DNA from: Microthyrium microscopicum
Taxonomy: Eukaryota
Direction of reading: 5' to 3'
DNA: 64,000 nt
Assembly (NCBI GenBank): GCA_010405405.1
Contig: MU004246.1
Span: forward strand, 248,001-312,000
Part shown: in pieces, positions 1 through 11,703 of the stretch
Numbering within the stretch: the stretch's first letter is position 1
Layout: each line of letters starts with the position of its first letter
Position numbers and translations under genes: made by a program
Notes under the pieces: generated by a model
Seen by the model: the letters and a program-made list of their open reading frames with translations, nothing else
Databases searched by the model: none
Told to the model about the DNA's origin: nothing

Positions 1-288
1 ATCGGTGGCATAGTTTCCAGGATCAATGTAGGCCACAGCGACCATAAAACCAGGTCCAATAAACTTCCCGAATTTCTTGATTGTTCGGCCGGCATGAGCA
101 AGTTTGAGTAAAGCCACTTCGCGAGGTGGAAGCTTTCCTCGAGTTCCCATCATGACACTATCATCAGTAATGATCCGAGTTATGGTCCGACCATTCTTCT
201 CAGCATCAAAAGAGAGGCGGTTGAGAGAATCATTGTCACTTTCGCGGCGTTCGACTTGTATCCCCGACTTCGCAAAAGATGGATCCAT
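1..288 (-). CDS. Nramp/SMF-family divalent metal (Mn2+/Fe2+) transporter, N-terminal part; runs off the window start
   Basis: Manual minus-strand translation from ATG at 288 gives MDPSFAK...KKFGKFIGPGFMVAVAYIDPGNYATD, containing the Nramp TM1 DPGN signature. Not in the ORF track. Confidence 0.93.
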   Translation of the reverse strand, partial: MDPSFAKSGIQVERRESDNDSLNRLSFDAEKNGRTITRIITDDSVMMGTRGKLPPREVALLKLAHAGRTIKKFGKFIGPGFMVAVAYIDPGNYATD

Positions 289-1832
289 TGTGTGATTGCC
301 GTCTATGTTCTTGTTGGCCGGCCAGGAAGATATATGACGGTACAAAATGCACAATGAGATATCAATGAAAGAATGTGACCAGCACTTGAAGCTGCTGTAG
401 ATTGAATTGAATCTAGTATATACACAACATATCATTTGGCCAAGAGACTGAATCTATAATTATCATATCAGCCAGGCTAGGTTCTCTTCGATCACAAACT
501 GTTTCCATAATGAACACCGCTCAAAGATGCTATTCGTTTCTACAGAAAAGAAACCGACCCACGAGAGCAATGTTTTCTGTACCTATAAGGTAATTGTATA
601 CAGCTTGGCTAGGGTGTGGATATCTAGGAGTAGATCTGGGCGAAGAGATAGCCTGACACTGCTGGTTTCAGATCTTGTGCGTTTAGTGATGGCGAACCAT
701 TCTTTTCTTTGCGAATCAGTGAGCGGTGTAGTTTCAGAACCGCGGCAACCCCGCATATATATCTTCCTCATCAATTACTAGATCTGATAAAGAATTGTTT
801 TGAAGCATTTGTCTGTATTGAGAGTCCTGTGCGAGCTCTTACTTTCCTCTGCGATCGCTTGTTGTACTCTACCAATAGTGCACGAAACCAATTCCAGCCA
901 TTGTGATAGTAAAAGCATAATCATAAAAGATTATTCAATTAGTAAGAATAGTCGTTCAGTACTAATTACACACAATATCATCATAATCTTGCAGTGACAA
1001 CTGTCAAGGATTTGGACGTTTAACACGGTATCATCACAATCCCAAGAAGCCAAGTCGAGGACAAGAGATCAACAGAGCTTATTACCTTTAAATCTCAGAT
1101 CGCGATATCATCCAGTCGCGATTCAAGAGGTATGCCAAGGTCAATGCCTTGGCTGCGTGTCACAGCGTCGAGGTCAGAAACATTGGTGGAAGTCTATCAA
1201 GAACCTGAAACGCGAAGAGAAGAAGACCATTCTACATCACTTGACGATGGAAAAGAAAGTTAAATTCTCAAGAGCCACCACTAGGAAGAGAAGTACAGAA
1301 AAAGAAAATGATAGTGACACATTTCTTTATTGAATATGCACGCCGAATTTCTTTAGTATGATCTACATGTCAACAAGCATATTGCAGTTGAATCGAAGAT
1401 CTATTGGCTGAATATCATGCCTTTACTATTCAATGATGCTCTAGCGTGCTTCTGCTGCACGAAATGGATTGTGTTTTCAATTAGGCCTAAGTGGATTATC
1501 GAGACAAAATCTCCAGATTGTCATGCCAGAAGCGTAGCAAGGAACCATGCAACTACATGACATCGGCATAGTTATGACCAAATACTGGTCCCTGGATTCA
1601 TCCTGTCATACTTTGTATTGTCCTTTCTATATTCAAATTTCCGCATCATGAAGTCAAAGCGACCTTGGCTCTAAACACAATGTTGCAGCCAAGCTACAGT
1701 ATCCTTCCAATTTCAAGGTTTGCTCAAAATGTTATAGGAGACTTGAACCGCATTATGAGCAGTGTTTAACCATTCTTCCAATCGAAACCTTTTGTTTACT
1801 TGTACCTTTGACCTTCATAGCGCCTTTCAAAA

Positions 1833-4242
1833 ATGCATCCTTCTAATGACAGCACAAACGAAAAGCCCTCTCTGGCAACGACAACCTCATCAACAAATCC
1901 GCAACAGTCTAGTGTCACGCCAATTGACGTTGGAACAGAGCCAAGTGGGAACAATGATATCCAACATGATTCAAAGATACCTGCCACCAGGTCTTCAAAT
2001 GATGATAACGACCCAATCTATCAGGACACAGACACCGTGACAGCCAGTAATGGTGGCGAAAATCCAAGCTCAGTGACTCTGGACGATCCTTTGGAACTTG
2101 CTCGCCATAGAAGAGCCAATGTATCTCGAAAGCAAATGGCCATAGACCATCCAAGCGGTAACAAGCGAAAATTAAAAAAGTTCTACTCCCGACAAAATGA
2201 TCTAATCGACCAGTTCCTCAACAGTTCTGATGAAGAGAGACTTGCTGTTCTTGATGCCGAGAAGAATGGACCGAGAGTAAAGATAGCCGTCTACGGATCA
2301 TCAGGAGTCAATCTGTTTTTATTCGTCATCCAGCTGTATGCTGCCATTTCGACTGGATCATTGTCTTTGTTTGCTACTGCCGCAGATGCATTTGTAAGTG
2401 AGACAAGCCTGTCGAAAACCTGTCAAAAATGCCCAAAGTCTAATCAGAAATAGATGGATCTGGTGTCTTCAGCAGTGATGTTGTTTACGTCAAGACTGTC
2501 CAAACGTCCCAGTATTTACAAATATCCAGTGGTATGTTTGATACTCCGTATTCTTGGCTGGAATGCCCTGTTAACTTTTGGAAAAGGGTCGAACACGAAT
2601 TGAAACTATGGGTAATAAGTTATATCTTTTTTTAGTGACATTTCTTGGCTGACTTGGTACTTCTTGCTTCGAAACAGGCATTATTATGTTTTGTGCTCTC
2701 ATGACTACAGTGGCAGTCGAATTGATTGTGAGTGCCGAGTTCTGGGATCCTGACTTGACGATTTAGACTGACATGATGAATTTATGACGGCTCATAACGG
2801 CCACCCTGGCCACTTCACCAAAATCCAAAATCCCAAAATCTATGTATTCACAAATCATTTATTTACACCACAAAGAGCCCAAATTTGAGGATTCTAAAGA
2901 AGCCAAATAGCAAGTTGAATTTTTCTATATTTTTACAATGTCTCAAAATATTATATCTATGTGTTTTAATACGAGTAGTAGGACTTCATAATTGTTAATG
3001 TTTTTTGCTTTTTTGGCAAAAAGTGGAGCTTAACAAGATGCCTCTAAGTTAGTAAGGAGACCCCCCTTAAGTTAGTGAGTAAGCGCCCCTAGATTAGTGA
3101 CTTCTTATGCACTCCCAAAACGTCAAAAAGATGCATATTTCATGGATTGAAAATTCAACATGAACAACCATAATTAGCTAGTTATTTCAAGCTTCAAAAA
3201 ATCAAGCGAAATTCAACTTGCAATTTGGCTTCTTCAGATTGTCTAAATATGTAGTATTTGTGTTGTAAATAATTGATTTGTGAATACATAGATTTTGTAC
3301 TTTTTGGTTTTGCTGAACTGGCCAGGGTGGCCGTTATGAGCCGTCATAGAATTGTAGGTTGAATCTGCTCGAGCTCTGGCTGCCGGAGCTGGAGATGACA
3401 AGCCTCTAAAAATCGTTCCATTGATCTTTGTTGGTGTAGCATGTAAGAGACCTCCCTAAGGATGCCCTCGGCAATCTCCTTTACTGATAGTCTTGCAGTG
3501 TTTTGCAAGTCTTGCATGTTCGTCTATTGTTTCCTCCTACGACGTTATCCCGCCGCAAGAATCTTCATGGTAAGTGTTCAAAGCTATACAACAATAACTG
3601 TGCAACGCTAATCTTCACTAGCTCGATCATCGAAATGACATTATCGTCAACGCGTTTGGTCTGATCATGTCGATAATAGGTGATCGGTTCGTTTGGTGGC
3701 TTGATCCCATGGGCGCCATTCTCATTGGAATGCTGATTCTGCTTTCCTGGGTCTCAACAGCTTTCGAGCATGTGTGGCTTCTGGTGGGCAAAGGGGCTCC
3801 GAAAGAGTTCATTTCCAAGGTTGTATACGTTACAATCACGCATGATAAACGTATACTCAAGGTCGATACATGTCGTGCCTATCATGCAGGTGAAAAGTAC
3901 TATGTTGAAGGTATGTTTATCCAAGGAGTATGGGCATTCCATACTAACTTTCTTAGTCGATGTCATCATGGATGAGAATCTACCCTTGAAGATTACGCAT
4001 GATGTTGGACAGACGCTTCAACGGAAAATAGAAGGTTTGTGGTTGTCAACTTGAGATAGAGACTGACAAGCTGATTTTTTCCAGGATTGGAGGATGTCGA
4101 ACGCGCTTTCGTTCACGTAGATTATGAAGATGAGCATGATGTGACTGAAGAGCATAAGCCTCTATACGAGGCAAACGTAAAGCGTAAATCATTCAGGGAT
4201 ATCTTTTCTGGGAAGAAGAAGACGGAAGAAGCTGCTATATGA
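1833..4242 (+). CDS. Cation diffusion facilitator, Mn-CDF (MTP8-11-like) metal efflux transporter, about 9 exons
   Basis: Spliced exons 1833-2393, 2454-2531, 2587-2611, 2678-2727, 3358-3442 and further exons to TGA at 4240-4242. Motifs include SLSLFATAADAFMD (DxxxD), YPVGRTRIE, DHRND, WWLDPMGAI and VERAFVHVDYE. Confidence 0.93.
2783..3348. mobile_element. 566-bp non-autonomous TIR element (MITE-like) inside CDF intron 4
   Basis: Ends TATGACGGCTCATAACGGCCACCCTGGCCA...TGGCCAGGGTGGCCGTTATGAGCCGTCATA form a perfect 30-bp IR that extends imperfectly to about 140 bp. GAATT is duplicated on both flanks (2778-2782, 3349-3353). Interior is AT-rich and non-coding. Confidence 0.92.
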
Positions 4243-4476
4243 AAGTATAGAGGTTCATCTTAGCTACGAAGCTGCATCATATGCTCAGTCTATTCCCCTC
4301 GTAATGCTGATGGACTTGTTTTGTTTGAGGGACAGGTAGATGCAGGGTCGGATTTGGGCTGGTTATAATGATAATGTTTGAGCTGAAATAAGACGACCAT
4401 GCAGATAAATTACTGCTGCATTTCCAACATTGCAAAACGAAAAACAATACCTGGATCATGAAAGACAGCATGTGTT

Positions 4477-5664
4477 TCATCCTAACATAGGCGACGCCGC
4501 AGCCAATTCGCGCCGTACAAACTCATCCTGTGGCAAATATTCATATGCCACGCGGAAAAGTTTACGAGCCTCATAAATCTTGCCCAGCATCTTGCTCGCT
4601 ATCCCAGCACGATAGTAAATCTTTCCAAGTTGCTCGGCTGCTGGAAAGTTGGGTATCGCTTCGTCATCAACGCCTCCCATAGAGTCACGTATGAGTGTGA
4701 CTGTCCGATTGCCCCAGAATTCTGCTTCATCATACCGACGCATGTCCAGGTAGGCTTTCATAATGTTTGCAACAAGACGTGTGCGTAGAACAAGACGAAC
4801 AACTTGTCCATGTTTGCCATCGTAAATGCCGCCAATGAGGTAACGATTGAAGAACCGCTCGGCAAAGATGCCTCGATAGTGATCGATACAGACAATGTGC
4901 ATTGCTCGATAAGCATCAATGTATTTGACAATTGCTTGATCCGGGAGTTTCTTCTTGAGCAATTCATTTCCTGCGTCTTTGAGTTTGGTAGCCTCCTCGA
5001 GCAAGTTTTCGGCCGGACTGTATGGAACCTTCATTTCATTGAGCATAGCTTCAAGAATCTTGTCATCGCAAGAGCCTTGTACGGTAACTGCTGGAACCCC
5101 TTTGATAAGTCCAAATGGCAGCATGAGTCTTTTCTGTAGCGAGAGAGGCAGTTCCCGATCGGCCTTGTCTTGAAAAGGAACTCGAAGAGTCAAAGTAAGT
5201 TTGAGGTGAGGATTTAGTCCTTCGTTGGCATCAAGATCCGAATAGAACCATCTTTGACAGAACAGATGGAGGTCATCCACCAGAAGAAGCAGTCGTTGAA
5301 TTTCAGTATCCTCATTGTGGTACATGAATATATCCGGAACTGATATCACCGCATTGAGGGTATAACCTTGGAAGGCGCTGGCTTTATCTCCTCGTGCGAT
5401 AATTGGAACGTGTCCTTCTATCTCAACAATCTGGCGCACCTGGTCCTCTTCTCCGGGCGTTTCTAATCGAACAAATGTAAAGTTTTTGTAGAAAATTGCC
5501 TGTGCTTCAGAAGCAACTTGGCGGTTCACGTGGAAGAGGGCCAAGTCGAACTTGTAGCGACTGTAGCCATCTGAGAGATGTTGTCGGAAGCATTCGGGGT
5601 GAAGGATTTCGTCGTATACTGCATCTCGGAGCTCTGCGGGAAGGTCAAGGAATCTAAAAGCCAT
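4477..5664 (-). CDS. Hypothetical protein with N-terminal F-box-like motif and C-terminal TPR-like repeats
   Basis: Intronless ORF, probable start MAFRFLDLPAELRDAVY. C-terminal ATKLKDAGNELLKK and GKIYYRAGIA...A helices resemble TPR motifs. Confidence 0.75.
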   Translation of the reverse strand: MAFRFLDLPAELRDAVYDEILHPECFRQHLSDGYSRYKFDLALFHVNRQVASEAQAIFYKNFTFVRLETPGEEDQVRQIVEIEGHVPIIARGDKASAFQGYTLNAVISVPDIFMYHNEDTEIQRLLLLVDDLHLFCQRWFYSDLDANEGLNPHLKLTLTLRVPFQDKADRELPLSLQKRLMLPFGLIKGVPAVTVQGSCDDKILEAMLNEMKVPYSPAENLLEEATKLKDAGNELLKKKLPDQAIVKYIDAYRAMHIVCIDHYRGIFAERFFNRYLIGGIYDGKHGQVVRLVLRTRLVANIMKAYLDMRRYDEAEFWGNRTVTLIRDSMGGVDDEAIPNFPAAEQLGKIYYRAGIASKMLGKIYEARKLFRVAYEYLPQDEFVRRELAAASPMLG

Positions 5665-5803
5665 GACGACAAGCTGATGAAATGAAATATAGGACAGGGA
5701 GAGGTTGAAGTGAGTAAGCTTCGAGGTCACGATCAACTGTGGGGTATGACATCGTCTACGTGTTGCTTATTTCGGTTAGATCCTGATCTCAAGCGGCTGT
5801 TTC

Positions 5804-5823
5804 AGAAAGTTCTAGATCATTCG
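5804..5823. promoter_or_regulatory. Putative heat-shock element in the divergent promoter of the TPR-like gene and the GNAT
   Basis: aGAAagTTCtaGAtcaTTCg gives four alternating nGAAn units with one mismatch, about 140 bp upstream of the ATG at 5664. Confidence 0.35.
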
Positions 5824-6154
5824 AACTTTCGAAGCGTCTAAATCTAACCGTACAACTACATGATACAATTCCGCCTACTTTTGACCAGCGATATCCCAAT
5901 CCTCATACTCCTATGAAGATTGGTATGTTTGTTGGCTTGAATGGTTAGGTCACAGCTGAGCCGAGGAGTCTAACTTCGCATACGCCCTACAAGCAACATG
6001 CACACAACGACCATCACTGGATTCTGGTCAATATGATATTCCCTTCGATCTGAATTTCGGAATCTTTGCGCAGTCTCATCGGTGAAGTTTACTATATTGA
6101 GCTACACAGCGCAGAGACCTCATTCAGAAGTGATAAAACCGAAGGAGAAGCAAC

Positions 6155-6870
6155 ATGGAATCTGTGCTCTTCACGCCTCGACTGAAATTGACCTTGATCA
6201 CTGAAGCAAAGAGAGGAAGTCCTGAGTTTGAATGGCTCCATGAACTTCGCAGTGACGAAAAGGGTACATGGTGGAGGTACAATGAGGTTCGAATCTCTGC
6301 ACACTGGGCCTTTTACTAATTTCACCAAGCATCTATGGCAAGTCAAATTCCCCAGAAGACACAGAAAAGCTGTTGAAACATCTACTCCCAACCTCCATCG
6401 ACGATGGAACTTACCGAGTCATCTACGCCGTCCATAAACTCATCGAACCTCTCACCGCGACAGAGCCCAACACCACAGAGCTCATCGGCCTTGTCACCCT
6501 GAAGTCTGTAGAGGATGAAAGCCTTGATTTACCAGAAGATCTCACCCTGCCAGCGTCCGCCGCAGCTACGACACTGACCATGGAACTCGGTTACCAATTT
6601 CTACCAGCTGCATGGGGTCAAGGATATGCCACAGAATCCGTCACTACAGTTTTCGAAACCTGCAAGAAGGCAAAGTCATTTTGGCAACCTTTTGAAAAGG
6701 TGTATATCCGCGGTATCATAAATCATGGAAATCCTCTCAGTTGTCGGGTAATGGACAAAACTGGGATGAAGAAAAGGGGTGTTTATCATTGGACTGGTAA
6801 TGTTTTTCTTGCCGGAGAGTGGCGACAGAAGGATGATTTGTTTATTTATGGTATGTATCTATTAGAATGA
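6155..6870 (+). CDS. GNAT acetyltransferase, RimJ/RimL (Acetyltransf_3)-like
   Basis: Exons 6155-6276 and 6330-6870. Begins MESVLFTPRLKL and contains ELGYQFLPAAWGQGYATE (motif A) and NPLSCRVMDKTGM. Confidence 0.88.
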
Positions 6871-7920
6871 GAGATGCAAACTCAAAGGCCAGGATTTTTA
6901 AGACAGAGCATTGATGTCGAAAGGATAGGCTTCATTACCCATTATGCCTTGGTGAAACGCAAGACATCAATTGTTGAATAGAACAGCTGGGCCTGATTTT
7001 TTATGTCGTATCAAAATCGGGTCCTTGTCCGCAAGTATCCCCCCAGGGCGAACGCAATAACAGCTTGGCATGTAGGTTATTCTGTAGAAAGATAAAATCG
7101 GCGTTGACTGCGCCGCAGCATTTGTGTATAGCAACTGCATATCCAATCGGCAATTTTATGCTGTAGGAGTCGAACTGCTCCCCGGATCAATTTTCATGCG
7201 CGTAGGAATGAGGCGCAGGTTGTCCCCCAACGAGTGAATTCATCGTAACCAACACGATATATGTGAATCAGAGTTTCCATTTGTCCTTCTTCACGACTGC
7301 TTCTACCTAACCTGACTTTGTTTATTGTGCTGCCATCGCTTCTGCTCATGAATTAGGATAATTGTTTGAAGATCACAGCCCAATATAAAACTTATGTTAC
7401 TTTGCATATCGAACGCTGATATAATATTGGATAGATACCTCACAGCTTGCAGATGATTCTTTCTCTGTATGACACCTTGATTCAAGCCTGACTAAAGCGA
7501 CTGTGCCGCCTTAACCATCACTCGCGAAGCAGCGAAATATCTCGAAGCAATGCAGCCTGATCCCATATCCATCGCCTGCCGGCTTATACGTTATCTTGGT
7601 ATTGGATAAACATCACCCAGCTTGCAGATATGACGATGAAGAGCATATACAGATGTTACATCGCATACGGTGAGTTGGTGTTGGATATCTATATCAACGG
7701 AATGACTGGTTGAGTACAATTGTTCCATTGGATTCATCACGAACGAGAGAAGAATCAGCCCCTCTTCACAATTGTATATAAGAAGCAAAGTATGAACGGC
7801 TGTATACTGTTCAACTCGAAAACATCATCTTTTCACTTCACTACCCTTACAATCCAAAGCCTCATTCTTACCTCAATCTTATACCTTCACCCAGTCTCCC
7901 AGTGGCCACTTTCCATCAAA

Positions 7921-8301
7921 ATGAAATTCCAAACCACCGCCCTTATGGCCATCGCCTTCGCAATGCTGTCCAAAGCAACGCCAGTAATCGACCGAAGAGA
8001 CCCAACCAGATACGCTCCAGGAGTAAGTTCTCCTCTTCCACAAATTACTGACTGTCAGCAACTTACACAGCTACTTAGTACTGCGATACCAGCAACCCAT
8101 TCCTTCCCAATGGAATCTGTATCGATCTGGCTGAATCAGACAATCAGCAGGCTTGTGATCCGAGCCTGGGAGTGGTAAGTTTATCTGTCCATTAGTGAGG
8201 GCGACGTTTACTAACCGGTTATCCAGTGCATTCAGGAGCCTGCCGGCGATGTCGCATGCTTCGTGGATCCATCGCAGGAATGGGCTGACTGTGCCCATTA
8301 G
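7921..8301 (+). CDS. Small secreted 6-cysteine protein (90 aa), PAF/AFP-like cysteine pattern but acidic
   Basis: Exons 7921-8022, 8079-8174, 8227-8301 give MKFQTTALMAIAFAMLSKATPVIDRRDPTRYAPG/YCDTSNPFLPNGICIDLAESDNQQACDPSLGV/CIQEPAGDVACFVDPSQEWADCAH*. Signal peptide and dibasic RR site; TATA-like sequence near 7776. Confidence 0.8.
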
Positions 8302-8727
8302 AGGAGGAGGTTGATGTGGCGGAGCTTGGTCTTAACTTGCTACTCTTCTATTAAGTTTGTTGCTACGAGATTGAACAAGGACAAAAGAAGATGTGTTTTC
8401 ATCGCTGTTTATTATGGTAGATTACATGATGTTTCCTGTACAAATGCCTGCTTCTCGTCTTTTCAGGCCGTTTGTAATACCTGAATACTGTGGTGTGCTC
8501 CTTCATCTTTTCGACAACGTGCCAGCCCCATGTTTTTTTGCGCCGCCAATGAGATGAAATCCGGTTTATACTTTCTGGTTGACTTTGGGTTGATCGTGAT
8601 TTAGATTGAGAGTCAGACGCCAGAGATAAAACCCGATGAAAGGTAAGCGAACAAGAGTATGATGCAGATCTGATAAGTATGTTGGCATATTCGCAGAATC
8701 TGGTTGCGAGTAAATCTTCTTTCGTGG

Positions 8728-9487
8728 TCAGGTGTTGGTATTTGGTGGGAGCATGAAGTAGCCTTCTTCTGTCCAAAGGTTGGTTGTTCTATACAGATTG
8801 GAAAGTGCCCGAACGAAGTAGCGTCCGCTGGTATTGTCGAAGCAGATACATGGTGAACGTCGTTTGGTGCAAGTTTTGCAAGCAAACCGTTTGGCTGCAT
8901 CGAACCATTGCTCTCCCACCAAGATGACTTCTCCATTCCAGATGAATGTGGCGGCTAAACAGTCGTACGCAAGGTATGGTTTCAAGCCTGTAGATTGTTG
9001 CTTGATAGCCATGGCCGCTTGCGGACTTCCTGCTGATAGATGTCGCTTAGCTCCATGCGGAAAAACTGAGTCTGTCAGCTGGTCGTGCTACAGAGCCAGA
9101 TTAGAAAGGACTCACGCTTGGGTTTGGATATCTACAGTCCAGTGGTACAAGGTTCGGATCAGTGTCCACGTCCGCCAATGATGCAGCGGCAGCAGCTACG
9201 GGTAGTACAGCACCATCAGCGGAGTCCTCACGCTTGACTCGCTTGACCGAGGTCTCGGGCTTGACTGGAGCCTCACGTTTGACTGAGGTGGAGCGTGTGG
9301 TGGGGCCAGCTGTGGTTCGACGAAAACCTTCCGTGGTGAGCGTGTCGAAGGACTGCTCTGTGCAATTGGGGCCTGTCGAAATGGCACAGCTGGATTCTCC
9401 AACAGCAAATCGGATGCCATTACTCATGACTATGTTGACAATTCCATTTTTCACAGTAGTGGATTCAATGAAGGGTACATTAACCAT
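8728..9487 (-). CDS. Hypothetical protein with CxxC...PC motif; splice structure uncertain, may be degenerate
   Basis: ORF MVNVPFIES...YPNPS ends at a GTGAGT donor. A downstream ORF contains ACKTCTKRRSPCIC. An in-frame join needs an unusually short 28-37 nt intron. Confidence 0.4.
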
Positions 9488-11133
9488 TGTTGCGGTTTCT
9501 TGGAAGTGACAAATGCAGCAAGGGGATGAAGCTGTGAAGCAAGGCCTCGTAAGTGGCCAGAGTATGGTCAACGAGAAGACGCTGGTGGGCGACAAGTTGA
9601 CTTACAATGAAGAAGTGCGACTGATTCTTGGTGTGCTGCAACGATGGTGTCGCTTGGCCAAGGATTTTAGGATGAGGTCTTACACACAGACAACCTTGCG
9701 ATTTGTTTGACCAAAGGAAGCTGTCGGGGAAAGGAAGCGAAGTGGAGTTGCAAAGAAAAGTTCATGGGAGGATTGTGCGTATAGTCTAGGCAGCAGCGAA
9801 GTGTGAGTTCGTGAGTTACTCCCAAGATAGCAGTTGCGGCCATCGTGCCTGCCTTTCTCGTATGTTTTGTTCGCTCCTGCCCTCTGGAAATCAGCGAAGA
9901 CTCAAGAGTCGCATGCGAGAGAGAATTAGTGATCAATATCACATTTTACAAGATCAGAAAGTAATCATACCAAGGGTTTTCTCAGTCAGTTACATTCTGA
10001 ATATCAATGATTGAATTACGCGCCATTCCAACTCTGCACCGGCGAACTGCATCGATTGTACTAATCAAGAAGAGCTAATGAGATTGGGTGCATCTCTATC
10101 TCCCCCATCTCCTCTAATGCTGAGGTGTCTAGAACTATTTCAGTCGTTATAATGGTAAAATAAGTCGAATGAGCATCAAGTCGTGGTATGGAAAATGTAG
10201 AGGTCTCCGGAATTTTCTCAGCCTGGTATCTCAGCCTGATAGGGGAAGCGACTTCCCAATTAGGTCTAGACGAGAGATGTATGACGTCAACCATGGAGAA
10301 GTTAAATCAACCACAAGACCTGAACGACACAGCCTTGCCCATACACACCCTCCACCTTCCTCGGTCGCTTCTGATCATCCGGTCGCATGGCTTGGCTTCC
10401 TTCGCGAACCCTCTTCTAACGCTCGTTCGCTCCTTGACCTGCATGTCTTGCCTTTGTCCATAGCCTTTGATTCGACCACTTACGCCGTTTTTCACCACTT
10501 CCCCACAACATTCCAAGCAAGCACTTTTGACCGTTGTGGAGGTAGTTCACCTGCTATTTTCGAAGTATCTGCCTTGCATGGTTCTCGCGCGTTCTCCGAG
10601 CCTATTACCAATTCTTGATCCTGTACCTGGACCGTCCATGCCTGGTGCCGCAATAAGTACCAGTCATACATTTTGAAGGTTTAACGAGTGTATTAGCAGT
10701 ATATGTTGCAGGGAAATAGAACAAGCCTCGGATGTATATATACTTATCTACAAGTCATCTCGATTGTTGTTCCCTGATCTTCACAGTCTGAGGTACAACA
10801 TTGCTGATTCTGCCCATCTCTGCCTCGTCCACCCCGTGTTACGTCACAAGCCTCTATTTTGAGCAATACACCCACTTCCTGTATCTCACAAGGGACTTTA
10901 TCACCAAGGAAATTGGACCAAACCGTATCTATTTGCAGCAAAAATCCTGTTTATCAAGTCTTGGCTTTAAAGCACGTTATTCACAACTTCACAAGCCTCA
11001 CACCGGAGTGTTCCTACTATCACTCCATATCTCTGCCAATCCACCGAAGCTTTCAGTATCCCTCCTTCTCATCTCCGTGAAAATCATAACAACCAAGAGC
11101 TTGGATAATTGACAACCCCTAATATCGCCCACC

Positions 11134-11703
11134 ATGAATGGCTACGCACAGAGCATGCCAGCGCAGCAGTCGCAATATAATCAATACTACTCTACCTCAC
11201 CACAAAACCCCAGCCAATGGCCCCAGCAACAACAGGACCATCAACAACAGGACCATCAACAACAACTTCAACCTCAACTCCAGCCTCAGCCATCTCAGCA
11301 ATTCAATTCATTCCCATACGCTCCCCAGACTCCTCAACCACCAACAGCTCTACAACCGCAGGGCTTCCAACCACAAAACTTTCAACAACCTCCACAACAA
11401 AACATGCCACCAGCATACAACTACCAACCCGATCCATATCGGCCCAATCCCCCAGGCCAACTAGTCAGTTATGCACCATCGCAGAACGATTCTCTCCGCC
11501 CACCAAGAGAACAGCGTCGACGAAGTTCGCAGAGCTCTACCCATTCTGGAAAATCTCACCATTCACACCATTCGCATCATTCGCACCAGTCTGATCATTC
11601 ACATCATTCACATCGTGATGATACCAAGAGGGCTTCCCTGGGAGACACACTATTTCTGATGTGGGATGCTTTCAAGGGTGCTTTTGATCGACGAAGAGTC
11701 TAG
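11134..11703 (+). CDS. Gln/Pro-rich, His/Ser-repeat low-complexity protein
   Basis: 189-aa ORF with good start context (cccaccATG), (HHS)n tract and a short C-terminal helix SLGDTLFLMWDAFKGAF. Confidence 0.7.
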   Translation: MNGYAQSMPAQQSQYNQYYSTSPQNPSQWPQQQQDHQQQDHQQQLQPQLQPQPSQQFNSFPYAPQTPQPPTALQPQGFQPQNFQQPPQQNMPPAYNYQPDPYRPNPPGQLVSYAPSQNDSLRPPREQRRRSSQSSTHSGKSHHSHHSHHSHQSDHSHHSHRDDTKRASLGDTLFLMWDAFKGAFDRRRV

